From contig NW_021835750.1 in NCBI RefSeq assembly GCF_006345805.1, positions 1 through 38,484 of the forward strand: a stretch of DNA of 38,484 nucleotides, in the 5' to 3' direction. Within the stretch, counting starts at the first letter, position 1. The number at the start of each line of letters is the position of its first letter. A model generated the notes under the pieces. That model was given only the letters and a program-made list of their open reading frames with translations, did no database searches and was not told the origin of the DNA. Below, piece after piece: positions 1 through 12,000 of this stretch. Made by a program: the position numbers and the translations under genes. This DNA is from Octopus sinensis. Taxonomy: Eukaryota.

Positions 1-254
1 ATCCTTTGGGTTAAGCTAGCTTTTTGTTTTGATATTTACATCAACAACGACATACATTTTTCTTGGGTAGGTAGCTCGGGAACAATAATACCGATATTAT
101 GGATCCTTAAAATTTCAGGTCAAAAGATCCTGATGTCCTGAATTTCCCTTCTTTACATTTCCTACGTCTGATATCGAACGCTGCTGCCTACTGCGTTCTC
201 CCTAACATTATAAAAAGTTAAACCATCCGCAAAGATGTCAATCACGAAATAAAT

Positions 255-654
255 AATCCTTCCTACTATAGTCATAAGGCCTGAAATTTTGGGGGAGGCG
301 CCAACGATTAAGTCGACCACAGTACACAATTGGTACTTAATTTATCAACCCCGAAAAGGTGAAAGGCAAAGTCTACCTCGGCAGAATTTGAACTCAAAGT
401 GTAGCGACAGACGAAATACCTATTTCTTTACTACCCACAAAGGGTTAAACACAGAGAGGACAAACAAGGACAGACAAACGGATTAAGTCGATTACGTCGA
501 CCCTAGTGCGTAACTAGTATTTAATTTATCGACCCCGAAAGGATGAAATGCAAAGTTGACCTCGGCGTAATTTGAACTCATAACGTAACGGCAGATGAAA
601 TACCGCTAAGCATTTCGTCCGGCGTGCTAACGTTTCTGCCAGCTCGCCGCCTTG
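255..654 (-). mobile_element. tRNA-derived SINE family A, two internal units plus 3' tail, with 14-bp TSD
   Basis: Minus strand starts aaggcggcgagctggcagaaacgttagcacg (A-box-like) and carries a B-box-like gagttcaaatt. The tail is aaatttcaggccttatgactatagtaggaaggatt. TSD atcacgaaataaat at 241-254 and 655-668. Confidence 0.9.
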
Positions 655-980
655 ATCACGAAATAAATGATAAACAGAATTTTATTACTGGAATCGTCCA
701 AGAAAGTTCAAATTTTATTCTTTCCGACGCCGCGGTTGGAAACTATACAAGCGTCAAGTTCACAACCTACCCAAAGGCTAGACTTCCATGTCATTCACTC
801 ACTACAAAATTCGAGGTCACATCACATAACAACACTGCAACACAACGCTTTTTCTTTACTTTTAACTCAATTAATCTTGACCTATTCAACATTATCCTAA
901 AAGAAATCAACGAAAAATAGTCATAACTTTCGAATGATACCAGATCAACCCACTTGAACACGTTTATAACAACTCCTTGA

Positions 981-1294
981 AGGGTGACCCCCGTCGGTCA
1001 TGAACGACCATGGGGTTGCACCTAGAAAGTTACCCTCCGAGGCACAAGTACGGGCAAGGTTGTTTATGGAAGACTAGCAGTCACCCATGCATACCAGCCT
1101 CCTTTCTCTACGCCACCGATGCTATCCAAAGGAAAGGCAAAGGGGCCGATACAACTTGGCACCAGTGACGTCGCAACTCGTTTCTACAGCTGAGAAATGA
1201 GAAATTTCTCTTGAGAAATTCCGGTCAAGGAATCGAACTCACAACCTCACAATCGTAAGCTCGACGCTCTAACCACTGAGCCACGCGCCTTCAC
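981..1294 (-). mobile_element. tRNA-derived SINE family D, internally deleted
   Basis: Minus strand gtgaaggcgcgtggctcagtggttagagcgtcgagc...gtgagttcgattcc has clear A and B boxes. The body seen at 24990-25045 is missing; the junction is at the palindrome gagaaatttctc (1200-1211). Confidence 0.8.
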
Positions 1295-1419
1295 ATCGCA
1301 ACAACTCTTTACTCGTGTGGTTATTATGGAGTTGCAAAATATGATTTAAAAGGCTAATCCGAGTGCGCTATTTAGACATGGACAGAGACGATAATAGTGG
1401 AAACCTATTTAAGTGCAGA

Positions 1420-1765
1420 GATAGCCGTGCAGTTAAAAAGCTTACTCAACAACCACGAAATCTCGGGTTCAGTCCCACTGTGCGGCGCCTTGGGTAACTA
1501 TCATTTACAATAGCCTCTGATTGACCAATGCTTTGTGAGTGAATTTGATGGACGAAAACTGAAACCCGTATGTATGTGTGTGCGTGTGCGTGTGTGCGTG
1601 TGTGTGCGCGCGTGTATATGTGTGTTTTGTTCGCCGCCACCGCTTGATAAGAGGCCTTGGTTTGTTTATGTCCTAGTAACTTAGCGGTTCGGCAAAAGAG
1701 ACCGGTTGACAGTGCCCCAATATGGCGGTACTGTAATGATTAAACAAATACAAGATACAAGACAA
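1420..1765 (+). mobile_element. SINE family B, degenerate copy
   Basis: gggttcagtcccactg, internal (TG)n and taacttagcggttcggcaaaagagacc align by eye to 12001-12404. Confidence 0.8.
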
Positions 1766-1769
1766 GGCA

Positions 1770-1789
1770 TGCATGTATGTGTGTATAGA

Positions 1790-1828
<39 letters not shown>

Positions 1829-2187
1829 TATATATATATATAATTATTTTATAGAAGGAGCCCTACAGGACTAGAACTGTTTCATTCCAAAAGAAATATC
1901 AGAAGCTAGGTGACAAGAATAGTTTTGGCATTTAATACATTTAGGCAGGTTTAATGGGGTGGTGGTGGGGGACTTTTGGGGGTAGGCATGGCGCAAACTA
2001 TCATTCTTAGGGGAGTGGTCAAAGGAATCAGTGATAAAGTAGATAAAAGAATAAATAAATAATAGAGTTTTAGGTAAATAAGGAGACTCTCACTTATATA
2101 TATATAATATATACAATATAACACACACACACACACATATATATAATATATACATACACACACACACACACACACACCACCACATAT

Positions 2188-2241
<54 letters not shown>

Positions 2242-2420
2242 AACACATGCACACATCCATCCATACACATGTACATATGCACCCATTGAGAGAGAGAGAG
2301 AGATGTAAAAAAATGAGAGAATAACAAGAAATACGTACAGATAGATAGAGATAGATATAGATGAGATAGATAGATAGAAGATAGATAGATAATAGATAGA
2401 TAATAATAGATAGATAGATT

Positions 2421-2453
<33 letters not shown>

Positions 2454-2460
2454 GCATACA
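1770..2460. repeat. Compound microsatellites (TA)n, (CA)n, (AG)n, (GATA)n with a short unique spacer
   Basis: Directly visible tandem units. Confidence 0.95.
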
Positions 2461-2466
2461 TAATAC

Positions 2467-2740
2467 ATGATGATGGCTGTCCACTCGTGACCGACGGAAA
2501 CCATTGCTGACCTTTAGGAACATCGTACGCTCAAGACTACCTTATACTTCACACTTGCGGCTCCTTTGGTGTCCAACGAGCCTCGCTCTTGACAAAACAT
2601 ACACGACTGCAAGCGTTGCAGACCAAGCTTTCCTCATTCATTACACTAGCAGTGCGTTTTCGAACAGCACCAGTTTTTGAGTAAAGAATACAGGCTCTTT
2701 TCAAAGGTATCGACTCCCTCCTTCACCTGTTTCCTCCAGT
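2467..2740 (-). mobile_element. RTE-clade LINE 3' end (ORF C-terminus, 3' UTR and (CAT)n tail)
   Basis: Minus strand gives WRKQVKEGVDTFEKS, then after frameshifts AVRKRTAS...VCNACSRVC...VGHQRSRKC, a C-terminal Cys/His knuckle typical of RTE ORFs. It ends cacgagtggacagccatcatcat, an RTE-type short-repeat tail. Confidence 0.75.
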
Positions 2741-2828
2741 ATACACACATACATACATGCATACAAACATGCATACATACATAGACACACATACACACAC
2801 ACATACATACGTACATACATTCACACAT

Positions 2829-2859
<31 letters not shown>

Positions 2860-3047
2860 TGCATACATACATGCATACATACAAACATAGATTCAAACAG
2901 AACTTGCATGGAGATTTTTCTTTCTTTATGAAGCATTAATATAGCAGTAAAAAAATAACAGAAAAGAATTATTCGTGAGTTCTCTTTTCATATATACATA
3001 CACACATATATACAGATATATATATATATATATATATAATATATAGC

Positions 3048-3079
<32 letters not shown>

Positions 3080-3146
3080 TATTATACATATATTATATAC
3101 ATATATATATACATATATATATAGATATACATATATATATATATAA

Positions 3147-3179
<33 letters not shown>

Positions 3180-3335
3180 TATATATATATATATATAATA
3201 ATATATACATATATATATATGGATATATAAACACACACACACACATCTATATATCGATATATATATATATAATAATATCATATATATATACATATATATA
3301 CACACACACATATATATATATACATATATATAATG
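2741..3335. repeat. (CATA)n/(CA)n and (TA)n microsatellites
   Basis: Directly visible. Confidence 0.95.
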
Positions 3336-3394
3336 TTTTTATTGCCATTTTGTTTTCATCTAGAAAAACAATTATTTATCCCATTCCCAAAACT

Positions 3395-3860
3395 CTAATA
3401 ATAATAAATAATAATAATAATAACTATAACAACAAAAAACCAATGACTACAGTGTTTTTGATGGTCGTGATGATGATGGTGGTAGGGGTGGTACTTGCGG
3501 TGGTGGTGGTGGTGGTGGTGGTGGCTGTAATGGAACTGGTGCTGTCTAAGATACGTGTTTGTGTTGTGGCAAAGATGGTATTAAGGTAGTTGTTATTGGC
3601 TCAGTAGTGTTGCTGTTGTTGTTGATAGCGGTGGCGGTGGTGGGGTAGTGGTGGTATTGGTGGTGGGGTAGTGGTGGTATTGGTGGTGGTGGTGGTGGTA
3701 GTGGCGGTGATAGTGTTGCTAGTGTAGTTGTTGTTGGGGAAGTTGTGGAAGAAGAAGTAGTGGTGTTGTTGTCAGTGGTTGGAGTTGTTGTTCTCGTGGT
3801 GCAGATGGTATCATCACTGATGATAACGGTGGTGATGGAAATGATGATGATGATGATGAA

Positions 3861-3902
<42 letters not shown>

Positions 3903-4090
3903 GATGGTGGTGGTCGTGGTGGTCGTGGTGTTGGTGGTGATAATGGTGGTGGTGGTGGTAATGATATGAATAATGTGGAGGACAGTAGTGTTGGTGGTGA
4001 TAATATTGCTTCTTTGGTTATAATGGTGGCGATGGCAGTGATGATGACGATGATGATGATGAGGAGGAGGAGGAGGAGGAGGAAGAGGAG
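3395..4090. repeat. Compound trinucleotide block (AAT, GGT, GTT, GAT, GGA)
   Basis: Directly visible. Source of the poly-V/M/T/H/P ORFs. Confidence 0.95.
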
Positions 4091-4164
4091 TGAGTTCATT
4101 GCTGGTCTCAATGCAATATTTCCTTGTGATCAACTAAAAAGTTGAAAACATGAAATGATTAAAA

Positions 4165-4181
4165 CACACATACACACGCAC

Positions 4182-4241
<60 letters not shown>

Positions 4242-4340
4242 AGACAGAGAGATAGAAAGAATGAAATAAAGAAAGAGAGAGGCACAGATAGATAAATAGA
4301 TGATTCGTAGATATGTATATATATATATGTATATATATAT

Positions 4341-4397
<57 letters not shown>

Positions 4398-4745
4398 ATA
4401 TGTATATTTGTATATATATTTTTCATTTATATATATATCTATTTATATATGTATATATATATATACATTCATACATGCATGTATATATCATATATATCAA
4501 ATATATATATATATAAATATATGTTTATGTATATACATACATATATATATATACACATATACATATATATATATACACATATATATATATATATATATGT
4601 ATACATATATATGCGCAGTGTGCATGTATGTATGTATGTGTGTGTAAACAGATATACACACATACATGCATACATTCACACACACGCACACACACACACA
4701 CATAGTGGAGGAAAGAGAGAGAGAGAGAGAAAGGGAAAGAGAGAG
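4165..4745. repeat. (CA)n, (GATA)n, (TA)n, (AG)n compound microsatellite
   Basis: Directly visible. Confidence 0.95.
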
Positions 4746-5330
4746 AATGTTTTGTGTTGTTGTTTAATCAACTTTTGTCAGTTTCTTTGTTGTCATATAT
4801 TTTTCTCTCTTCACTTCTCTGCTCTCGCTGTGTCATACATTTACTCCCCGAAGTGAATTTTGTGTCAAAAAGAATAAATAAATAAACCAACAAATAACAA
4901 AAAAACAAAAAAAAGAAACTCTCCACCAAAAAAACAAAAATAACTATAACAAACAATAAACTACACTAGATTAAGATAACAACAGATAAGATGCGAGAGT
5001 TGAAAAATCTATTTTCAGTTTTTCATTTTCTCGCAAATATTGCAATTTGGAAAAGCCGTGTTTCCAAATAATTGTTTTGTTGGTCTACCAGGAAATCTCT
5101 CTTCGACTTATCGGTTCAGGTCAAAGAAGTGTTTTGAAATCGCTAATTATCTGTGTAACGTCTGCAGTTGTGTTTGGTAGAATGGATGATATAGCAGCCT
5201 ATTAACCTAAATAACTTCGGTTCATAGGAACAGTGGTGAGGACTTACGTACCATAGTAAGGGGAGCACGAAATGTTTGGGATTTTGTAGTTCTTGTACGG
5301 ATAATTGGCAGGGTCGTCGAAGCGTTACAT

Positions 5331-5362
<32 letters not shown>

Positions 5363-5469
5363 AGCAGTGTTTGTTCCTATTCCTGAGTTCGAATCTCGCT
5401 GTGTTGAACTTTGCATTTCATTCTTTCAGAGTCGATACAAAAATATATGTATATATATATATATATTTC

Positions 5470-5471
5470 TA

Positions 5472-5547
<76 letters not shown>

Positions 5548-5560
5548 TAATAATAATATA
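5470..5560. repeat. (ACT)n(AAT)n microsatellite
   Basis: Directly visible. Confidence 0.95.
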
Positions 5561-5942
5561 AGATGAAGTTTTTTACAGAAAAAAAATTTCACCAAAAAAG
5601 TGGCAGCATATTAAAATCCCTTTAAAGGTAAAAATTATAAACAACTTATAAACAAGGGCAAAAGAAAATTATTTCTATGCCAATATGCTGATAACAGACC
5701 TTTAAATCGTCAATTTCCACATATCATTATATACCCACTACAGAAATGCGTTGTGCTGAAATTGAGGAAAGCTAGCCAACAGAATTTTTTTTTAAAGTTC
5801 GTTATTTCTATATTGTATCAATTTCGGAATTAATCTCATAGATTTTTTCCTCTCCAGTAGAAAATACGAATAGAAATAAGTAGAATAAATACTTACATGG
5901 GCGCATGTAAGTATTTCATTTTGCCCTTGTTTATAAGTTGTT

Positions 5943-5990
<48 letters not shown>

Positions 5991-5992
5991 GA

Positions 5993-6051
<59 letters not shown>

Positions 6052-6087
6052 TGTATGATGTATATATGTGTGTGTGTGTGTGTGTGT

Positions 6088-6230
6088 AGCTTCCTTAATA
6101 ACCACAGGGTTCAGGGTTCAGTCCTACTGCGTGGCACCTTGAGCAAGTGTCTTCTACAATAGCCTCGGGCCGACGAAAGCCTTGTGAGTGGATTTGGTAG
6201 ACGGAAAGCGAAAGGAATCTGTCGTACATA
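6088..6230 (+). mobile_element. SINE family B, 5' part, preceded by a (TA)/(TATG)/(TG) microsatellite
   Basis: gggttcagtcctactgcgtggcaccttgagcaagtgtcttct...gtggatttggtagacggaa. Confidence 0.85.
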
Positions 6231-6243
6231 TATATATATATAT

Positions 6244-6388
6244 ATAGGCGCAGTCGTGGCTGTGTAGTAAGAAGCTTGCTTCCCAAACATGGTTTCATGC
6301 TCAGTCCCAGATCATGGCTTCTAAAATAGTTTCGGGCCAACCAAAGTCTTGTGAATGGATTTGGTAGACGGAAACTGAAAGAAGCATG

Positions 6389-6443
<55 letters not shown>

Positions 6444-6660
6444 TGTGTGTGTGTGTCTTTGGTCTTTGTGTCTGTGTTTGTTCCCCACTACCGTTTGATA
6501 ACCAGTGTTGCTATGTTTTACATCCCTGTAACTTAGAGGTTTGGCTGAAGAGCTCGATAGAATAAGTACCAGACATTAAAAGAAAAATCAAAGATTCGTC
6601 AATGCGGTGCCCCAGCTTGGCTGCAGTCTAATGACTGAAACAAGCAAAAGATAAAAGATA
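6244..6660 (+). mobile_element. SINE family B, near full length, small deletion after the B box
   Basis: Head ataggcgcagtcgtggctgtg, internal (TG)n, tail gcagtctaatgactgaaacaagcaaaagataaaaga. Confidence 0.9.
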
Positions 6661-6679
6661 TACCAATCTATAGTACTTA

Positions 6680-7300
6680 TTTGCACAAACCCTTTGTTCT
6701 CTATGGAGCATAGACTATGCTATCCACAACTTTTCTCTCCTGCTTTCGTTTCTATGCTTTCTTTCTTCTCCCTGTATTTGTTGGCCTTGAATTGTTATCA
6801 GTGCGTCTATAACTTTGCTTTTATTCAAGGTAGGTTGTTGGCCCTACACAAACGCATTTTTACCTTTGAGAAGAGGTAGTTCCATGTTAATCTGACCATC
6901 TTTTGACCTGTCCAGCATATGCAGCCCTGCTGAAGCTTGCACTCCGTTGGCTTACAGATACACGAGGCACCACACTACATCAAGGACCATTATGGTGGAC
7001 ATTAAAACTGTGGATTAACGGAATTGATGGAACGTTATTCAAGACATCTTGCAGTCATTGTTATGGCTCTTTATGCTCTGAGAGAAACATCTGGCGACAA
7101 CACTGGAGCCAAGCTCTATAGGTGCCAAAACAACGGCCTTCTCTGGAACTATATCTGTAGTGCAGAGAGAGAAGATTTGTATGCATTGATAACTGCCAGT
7201 TTTTCGCAACAACAAAAAAAAGACTTCTTTGCCCAGAACTGCGCATTTAAGGGCAGATAATTAGTCAACCTTTATCAACAGATGCCTTATATACGCCCCA
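6680..7300 (-). mobile_element. Possible highly decayed RTE LINE fragment (endonuclease end and linker)
   Basis: Minus-strand frames give AVINAYKS (cf. APE 'IISAYAPT') and CWTGQKMVR (cf. RTE 'CWTDHRLVR'). Many stops and shifts; weak by-eye similarity only. Confidence 0.35.
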
Positions 7301-7357
7301 AGTCGTCAGTCGAGATTGATCTGAACTATAATCAATGATGCTCCATCCATGAGAAAG

Positions 7358-7500
7358 AACGTAGCTTTCTGGTTAAAGTGTTAGACTCAGAATCGCAAAG
7401 TCGTGGGTTCGAGTCTCAGAACAAATGATGCGGCGAGTCCTTGGGTAAAACATGTTATTTCATGCTGTTCACTCATCTGAAAATTAATTCCGTTTGCTGC
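7358..7500 (+). mobile_element. SINE family D-like, degenerate head and body
   Basis: tggttaaagtgttagactcag...gtgggttcgagtctc followed by gtccttgggtaaaacatgttatttca. Confidence 0.6.
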
Positions 7501-7635
7501 AGAGTGGTGCCTCACAGACTATTGCCCCCCAAATCTTGAAAATGCATCATGTCAACAGCCATTGATGATCATCAATGATAATTCCATCCATAGCCATCTC
7601 GTCTTTTTCTTGGACAGTTCACATTAGCATTACTG

Positions 7636-7860
7636 TTACTCTTTACTGGTTTCAGTCATTTGACTGCGGCCATGCTGGAACACCGCCTTTAGTCGATCAA
7701 ATCGACCCCCAGGACTTATTCTTTGTAAGTACTTTGTAGTACTTATTCTATCGGTCTCTTTTACCGAACCGCTAAATTCCGGGGACGTAAACACACCACC
7801 ATCGATTGTCAAGCGATGTTGGCGGGGAGGACAAACACAGGCGCACAAACATATACACAC

Positions 7861-7894
<34 letters not shown>

Positions 7895-8065
7895 GTACAT
7901 ACGACGGGCTACTTTCAGTTTCCGTCTACCAAATCCACTCAAGGCTTTGGTCGGCCAGAGGCTATAGTAAAAGACACTTGCCCAAGGTGCCACGCAGTGG
8001 GAATGAACCCGGAACCATGTGGTTGGTAAGCAAGCTACTTACCATACAGCCACTCCTGCGCCTAT
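7636..8065 (-). mobile_element. SINE family B, full length
   Basis: Reverse complement of 12001-12404 and 14868-15278, including head ataggcgcaggagtggctgt and the internal (TA)/(TG) tract. Confidence 0.95.
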
Positions 8066-8454
8066 GAAGGACACGTTAACTAATATCAATGTGTCCACTC
8101 CAAGAACCTGTTAACGTGTCCTTAGGTTGATTTGTACGCCCCCGTTACTAAGCGCTGAAGTGGAACGGTATTATGCTCTTACTAAGTCCACCTTGTCTCG
8201 CCTCCTTTGTGGTCCACATCTGTACTTATAGGTGTTTAGAAATAGAGTGGACAACGGTTAGAGTGCAACAGGCCTAAACCGGGCTTCAAGCAATGCATCA
8301 CCGCATTTCGGTTGAATTGCGCAGTGAGGCTGCCCTCAAGCGAAGCAGACATGAGTCGTACCTAAGAAGATGGCTCGGTGGGCCGCACATCGATATTGAG
8401 CAGACTACTTACGTGTTGTAGGATGATCGTACTGTTGCATCAGGATTGACTTGG

Positions 8455-9360
8455 GGAAGAACAACAAGAACACGAACAAGAACAGCAGCACTACCATTAA
8501 CCACCACCACCGCCGCTACCATCACAACAACCACTACTACAACTACCACCACAATCACAACCACAACCACCGCTACTACCACCACAACCAACTCCACTAC
8601 AACTACCACGACAATCACAACCACAACCACAACCACCGCCTCCACCACCACTACCATAACAACAACCACCACTACAACTACCACCACAATCACAACCACA
8701 ACCACCGCCACTACCATCACAACCAACACCACTACAACTACCACCACAATCACAACCACCACCACCACCACAACCATCATCACAACCACCACCACTACAA
8801 CTACCACAACAATCACAAAGATTCACCACAACCACTAACATCACAAATACCACTAACAACTATTACCATAACCTTAACTAGCATAATTACTACTACCATC
8901 ACAACCACAACCACCACAACCACCCCGACCACCACCACATTTGCGACAACCACCATCAACAACACCACAGCAATAACCAACACAGCAATAACCACCAATA
9001 CCACCACTACTTCTACAAACACCACCACCACCACTACAACCACTACCACAACCTCCGCTACCACCACCAAAACCACTACCACAACCAACACTACTACTAC
9101 AAACAACACCACCACAACCACAACCTCCACTACCACCACTACCACCACTCCATCACAACCATCATCATCAGTACCACTACACTACCATCAACAACACCAC
9201 AGCAATAACCAACACGGCAATAACTACCAATACCACCACCGAAACCACCCTCACCATCACTACCACTACCACCACTACTACTACCACCACAACCGCCACC
9301 ATCACAACCGCCACTACCACCACCACCACCACCACCACCACTACCACCCACACTATACCA
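8455..9360. repeat. ACC/ACA/ACT trinucleotide block with higher-order ~60-bp unit in the first half
   Basis: actacaactaccac(c/g)acaatcacaaccac recurs at intervals of about 60 bp (shorter for the last) between 8530 and 8800. Confidence 0.9.
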
Positions 9361-9775
9361 GCTGCTCACAATGTGACATACAATTGCTACTCGAGTCATC
9401 TCAATGATTCTAGCCAAATGCCAAAAATACAGATTTCTCTTTCTTTTTTCTCTTTTTTTTTCTCTCGCACAGATTACATGGAACAGGTTTCAATAGAGAA
9501 ACGTTTAAATATCTTAATCCCATCATTTATAACAATTAATTGAATCTAGATATTCTTTCATAGAATCACCAACAACTGTCAGACTGCGCAGGAGACCTCT
9601 GCTTCGGGGGACCATAGAACGAGGATTATAATAGACAAAACACTGCAACATGTGCCGTTTCTTTAGAACAGCTGCCGTCTTCTAACAGATATCTTCAGAT
9701 TTTTAAAAGAATTTCAGACATCAGTTTAGTAAATCTGTGATAAATTGTTCACATGGTTAATATATGGATATTTCA

Positions 9776-10160
9776 GTGGAGGCGCAATGGCCCAGTGGTT
9801 AGGGCAGCGGAATCGCGGTCATAGGATCGCGGTTTCGATTCCCAGACCGGGCGTTGTGAGTGTTTATTGAGCGAAAACACCTAAAAGCTCCACGAGGCTC
9901 CGACAGGGGATGGTGGTGATCCCTGCTGTACTCTTTCACCACAACTTTCTCTCACTCTTACTTTCTGTTTCTGTTGTACCTGTATTTCAAGGGGCCGGCC
10001 TTGTCACTCTCCGTGTCACGCTGTATATCCCCGAGAACTACGTTAAGGGTACACGTGTCTGTGGAGTGCTCAGCCACTTACACGTTAATTTCACGAGCAG
10101 GCTGTTCCGTTGATTCGGATCAACCGGAACCCTCGTCGTCGTAACCGACGGAGTGCTTCC
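9776..10160 (+). mobile_element. tRNA(Arg)-like SINE family C, full length
   Basis: gtggaggcgcaatggcccagtggttagggcagcgg...ggtttcgattccc (A and B boxes), body, and tail ending cgtaaccgacggagtgc. Confidence 0.9.
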
Positions 10161-10201
10161 ACCACTCAAATCTGTGATATGGTTAATATATGGTTATTTC
10201 A

Positions 10202-11231
10202 AAGGCGGTGGGAGCTGGCAGAAACGTTAGCACGCCAGGCGAAATGCGTGGCAGTATTTCGTCTGCCACTACGTTCTGAGTTCAAATTCCGCCGAGGTCG
10301 ACTTTGCCTTTCATCCTTTCGGAGTCGATTGAATAAGTACTAGTTACACACACTGGAGTCGATACAATCGACTTAATCCGTTTGTCTGTCCTCTCTGTGT
10401 TTTGCTCCTTGTGGTATTTCGTCTGTCTTTATGTTCTGAGTTCAAATTCCGCCGAGGTCGATTTTGTCATTCATCCTTTCGGGGTCGATTGAATAAGTAC
10501 TAGTTACACACACTGGAGTCGATACAATCGACTTAATAATCCGTTTGTCTGTCCTCTGTGTTTTGCTCTTTGTGGTATTTCGTCTGTTTTTACGTTCTGA
10601 GTTCAAATTCCACCGAGGTCGACTTTGCCATTCATCCTTTCGGGGTCGATTGAATAAGTACTAGTTACACACACTGGAGTCGATACAATCGACTTAATCC
10701 GTTTGTCTGTCCTCTCTGTGTTTTGCTCTTTGTGGTATTTCGTCTGTTTTTACGTTCTGAGTTCAAATTCCACCGAGGTCGACTTTGCCATTCATCCTTT
10801 CGGGGTCGATTGAATAAGTACTAGTTACACACACTGGAGTCGATACAATCGACTTAATCCGTTTGTCTGTCCTCTCTGTGTTTTGCTCTTTGTGGTATTT
10901 CGTCTGTTTTTACGTTCTGAGTTCAAATTCCGCCGAGGTCGACTTTGCCATTCATCCTTTCGGGGTCGATTGAATAAGTACTAGTTACACACACTGGAGT
11001 CGATACAATCGACTTAATCCGTTTGTCTGTCCTCTCTGTGTTTTTCTCCTTGTGGCATTTCGTCTGTCTTTACGTTCTGAGTTCAAATTCCGCCGAGGTT
11101 GACTTTGTCTTTTATCCTTTCGGGGTCGATAAAACAGTTACGTACTGGGGTCGATGTAATCGACTTAATCTCTTTTTCTGTCCTTGTTTGTCCCCCTCTG
11201 TGTTTAGCCCCCTGTGAGCAATAAAGAAATA
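10202..11231 (+). mobile_element. SINE family A with six tandem ~160-bp internal units
   Basis: A single head at 10202. B-box gagttcaaattcc recurs at about 10278, 10438, 10599, 10759, 10919 and 11079. Confidence 0.95.
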
Positions 11232-11248
11232 CATTTAAGAATATTTCA

Positions 11249-11455
11249 AAGGCAGTGAGCTGGCAGAAACGTTAGCATGCCGGGCGAAATGCTTAACAAC
11301 ATTTCGTCCGTCTTTACGTCCTAAGTTCACATTCTGCCGAGGTCGACTTTGCCTTTCATCTTTCCTAGATCGATAAATATATGTTGATTACTGAGGTCGA
11401 TAAAATAAGTATCGACTCATTACCACCTTCCCTGAAATTACTAGCCTTATATTAA
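11249..11455 (+). mobile_element. SINE family A, monomer
   Basis: aaggcagtgagctggcagaaacgttagc head; degraded tail. Confidence 0.85.
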
Positions 11456-11491
11456 TATTTGAAGTCAAAATAGAAATACTTCAAACTACGG

Positions 11492-11695
11492 AAGGCGGTG
11501 AGCCGGTCGAATCGTTATGACATTGGCCAAAATACTTAGCGTTACTTCGTCCGTCTTTAAGTTCTGAGTTCAAGCTTTGCCTTTTATTCTTTCAAAGTCA
11601 ATAAAATAAGTACCAGTTATGCACTGAGGTAAGTGTAATCGACTTACACCTCCCCACAATATTTCAGGCCTTGTGTCTCTCTCGGAAACAATAAT
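11492..11695 (+). mobile_element. SINE family A, older monomer
   Basis: aaggcggtgagccggtcgaatcgtta head; tail tatttcaggccttgtgtc. Confidence 0.8.
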
Positions 11696-11714
11696 GTATA
11701 ACCAAATATTTAAG

Positions 11715-11850
11715 AAAAGCATCTTCTTAATCGTTCAGCGTAAGCGATCACAAGTTCGATTCCACCCACTGCGTGTCATGTTGGTCAAATGTCTTTTACC
11801 ATTGCCTCGAGCTTCATCCCAAGGCTTTGTGAATGGTATCGGGTAAAAGG
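11715..11850 (+). mobile_element. SINE family B-like, degenerate head
   Basis: agttcgattccacccactgcgtgtcatgttggtcaaatgtctttt...aaggctttgtgaatgg. Confidence 0.6.
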
Positions 11851-12000
11851 GAAGAATTCATCTGCCTGGAAGACCGGCAGATGAATTCTTGCTATGATTA
11901 AACGTCCAGCCTTGATATATTGTGTTACTCTGATTCTAGCCATGCTACCAACCTCACTCGATACATTGAGCAACCATCATCAAGTAAAAATCGAAAAACA

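Noticed and set aside
5242-5330. Minus-strand donor gtaagt with peptide DDPANYPYKNYKIPNISCSPYYG
   Set aside because: In-frame stop and (TA)n immediately upstream, and no acceptor.
2467-7300. The two minus-strand RTE fragments as one full-length LINE
   Set aside because: Order and strand fit, but I see no RT remnants between them and the upstream fragment is itself low confidence.
9432-9490. Strong plus-strand acceptor (pyrimidine tract + cgcacag at 9472)
   Set aside because: No convincing donor or recognisable peptide downstream. Pyrimidine runs are common here.
10202-11231. Regular array as a possible CRISPR
   Set aside because: Whole 160-bp units are near identical with no unique spacers, they derive from a SINE, and the context is eukaryotic.
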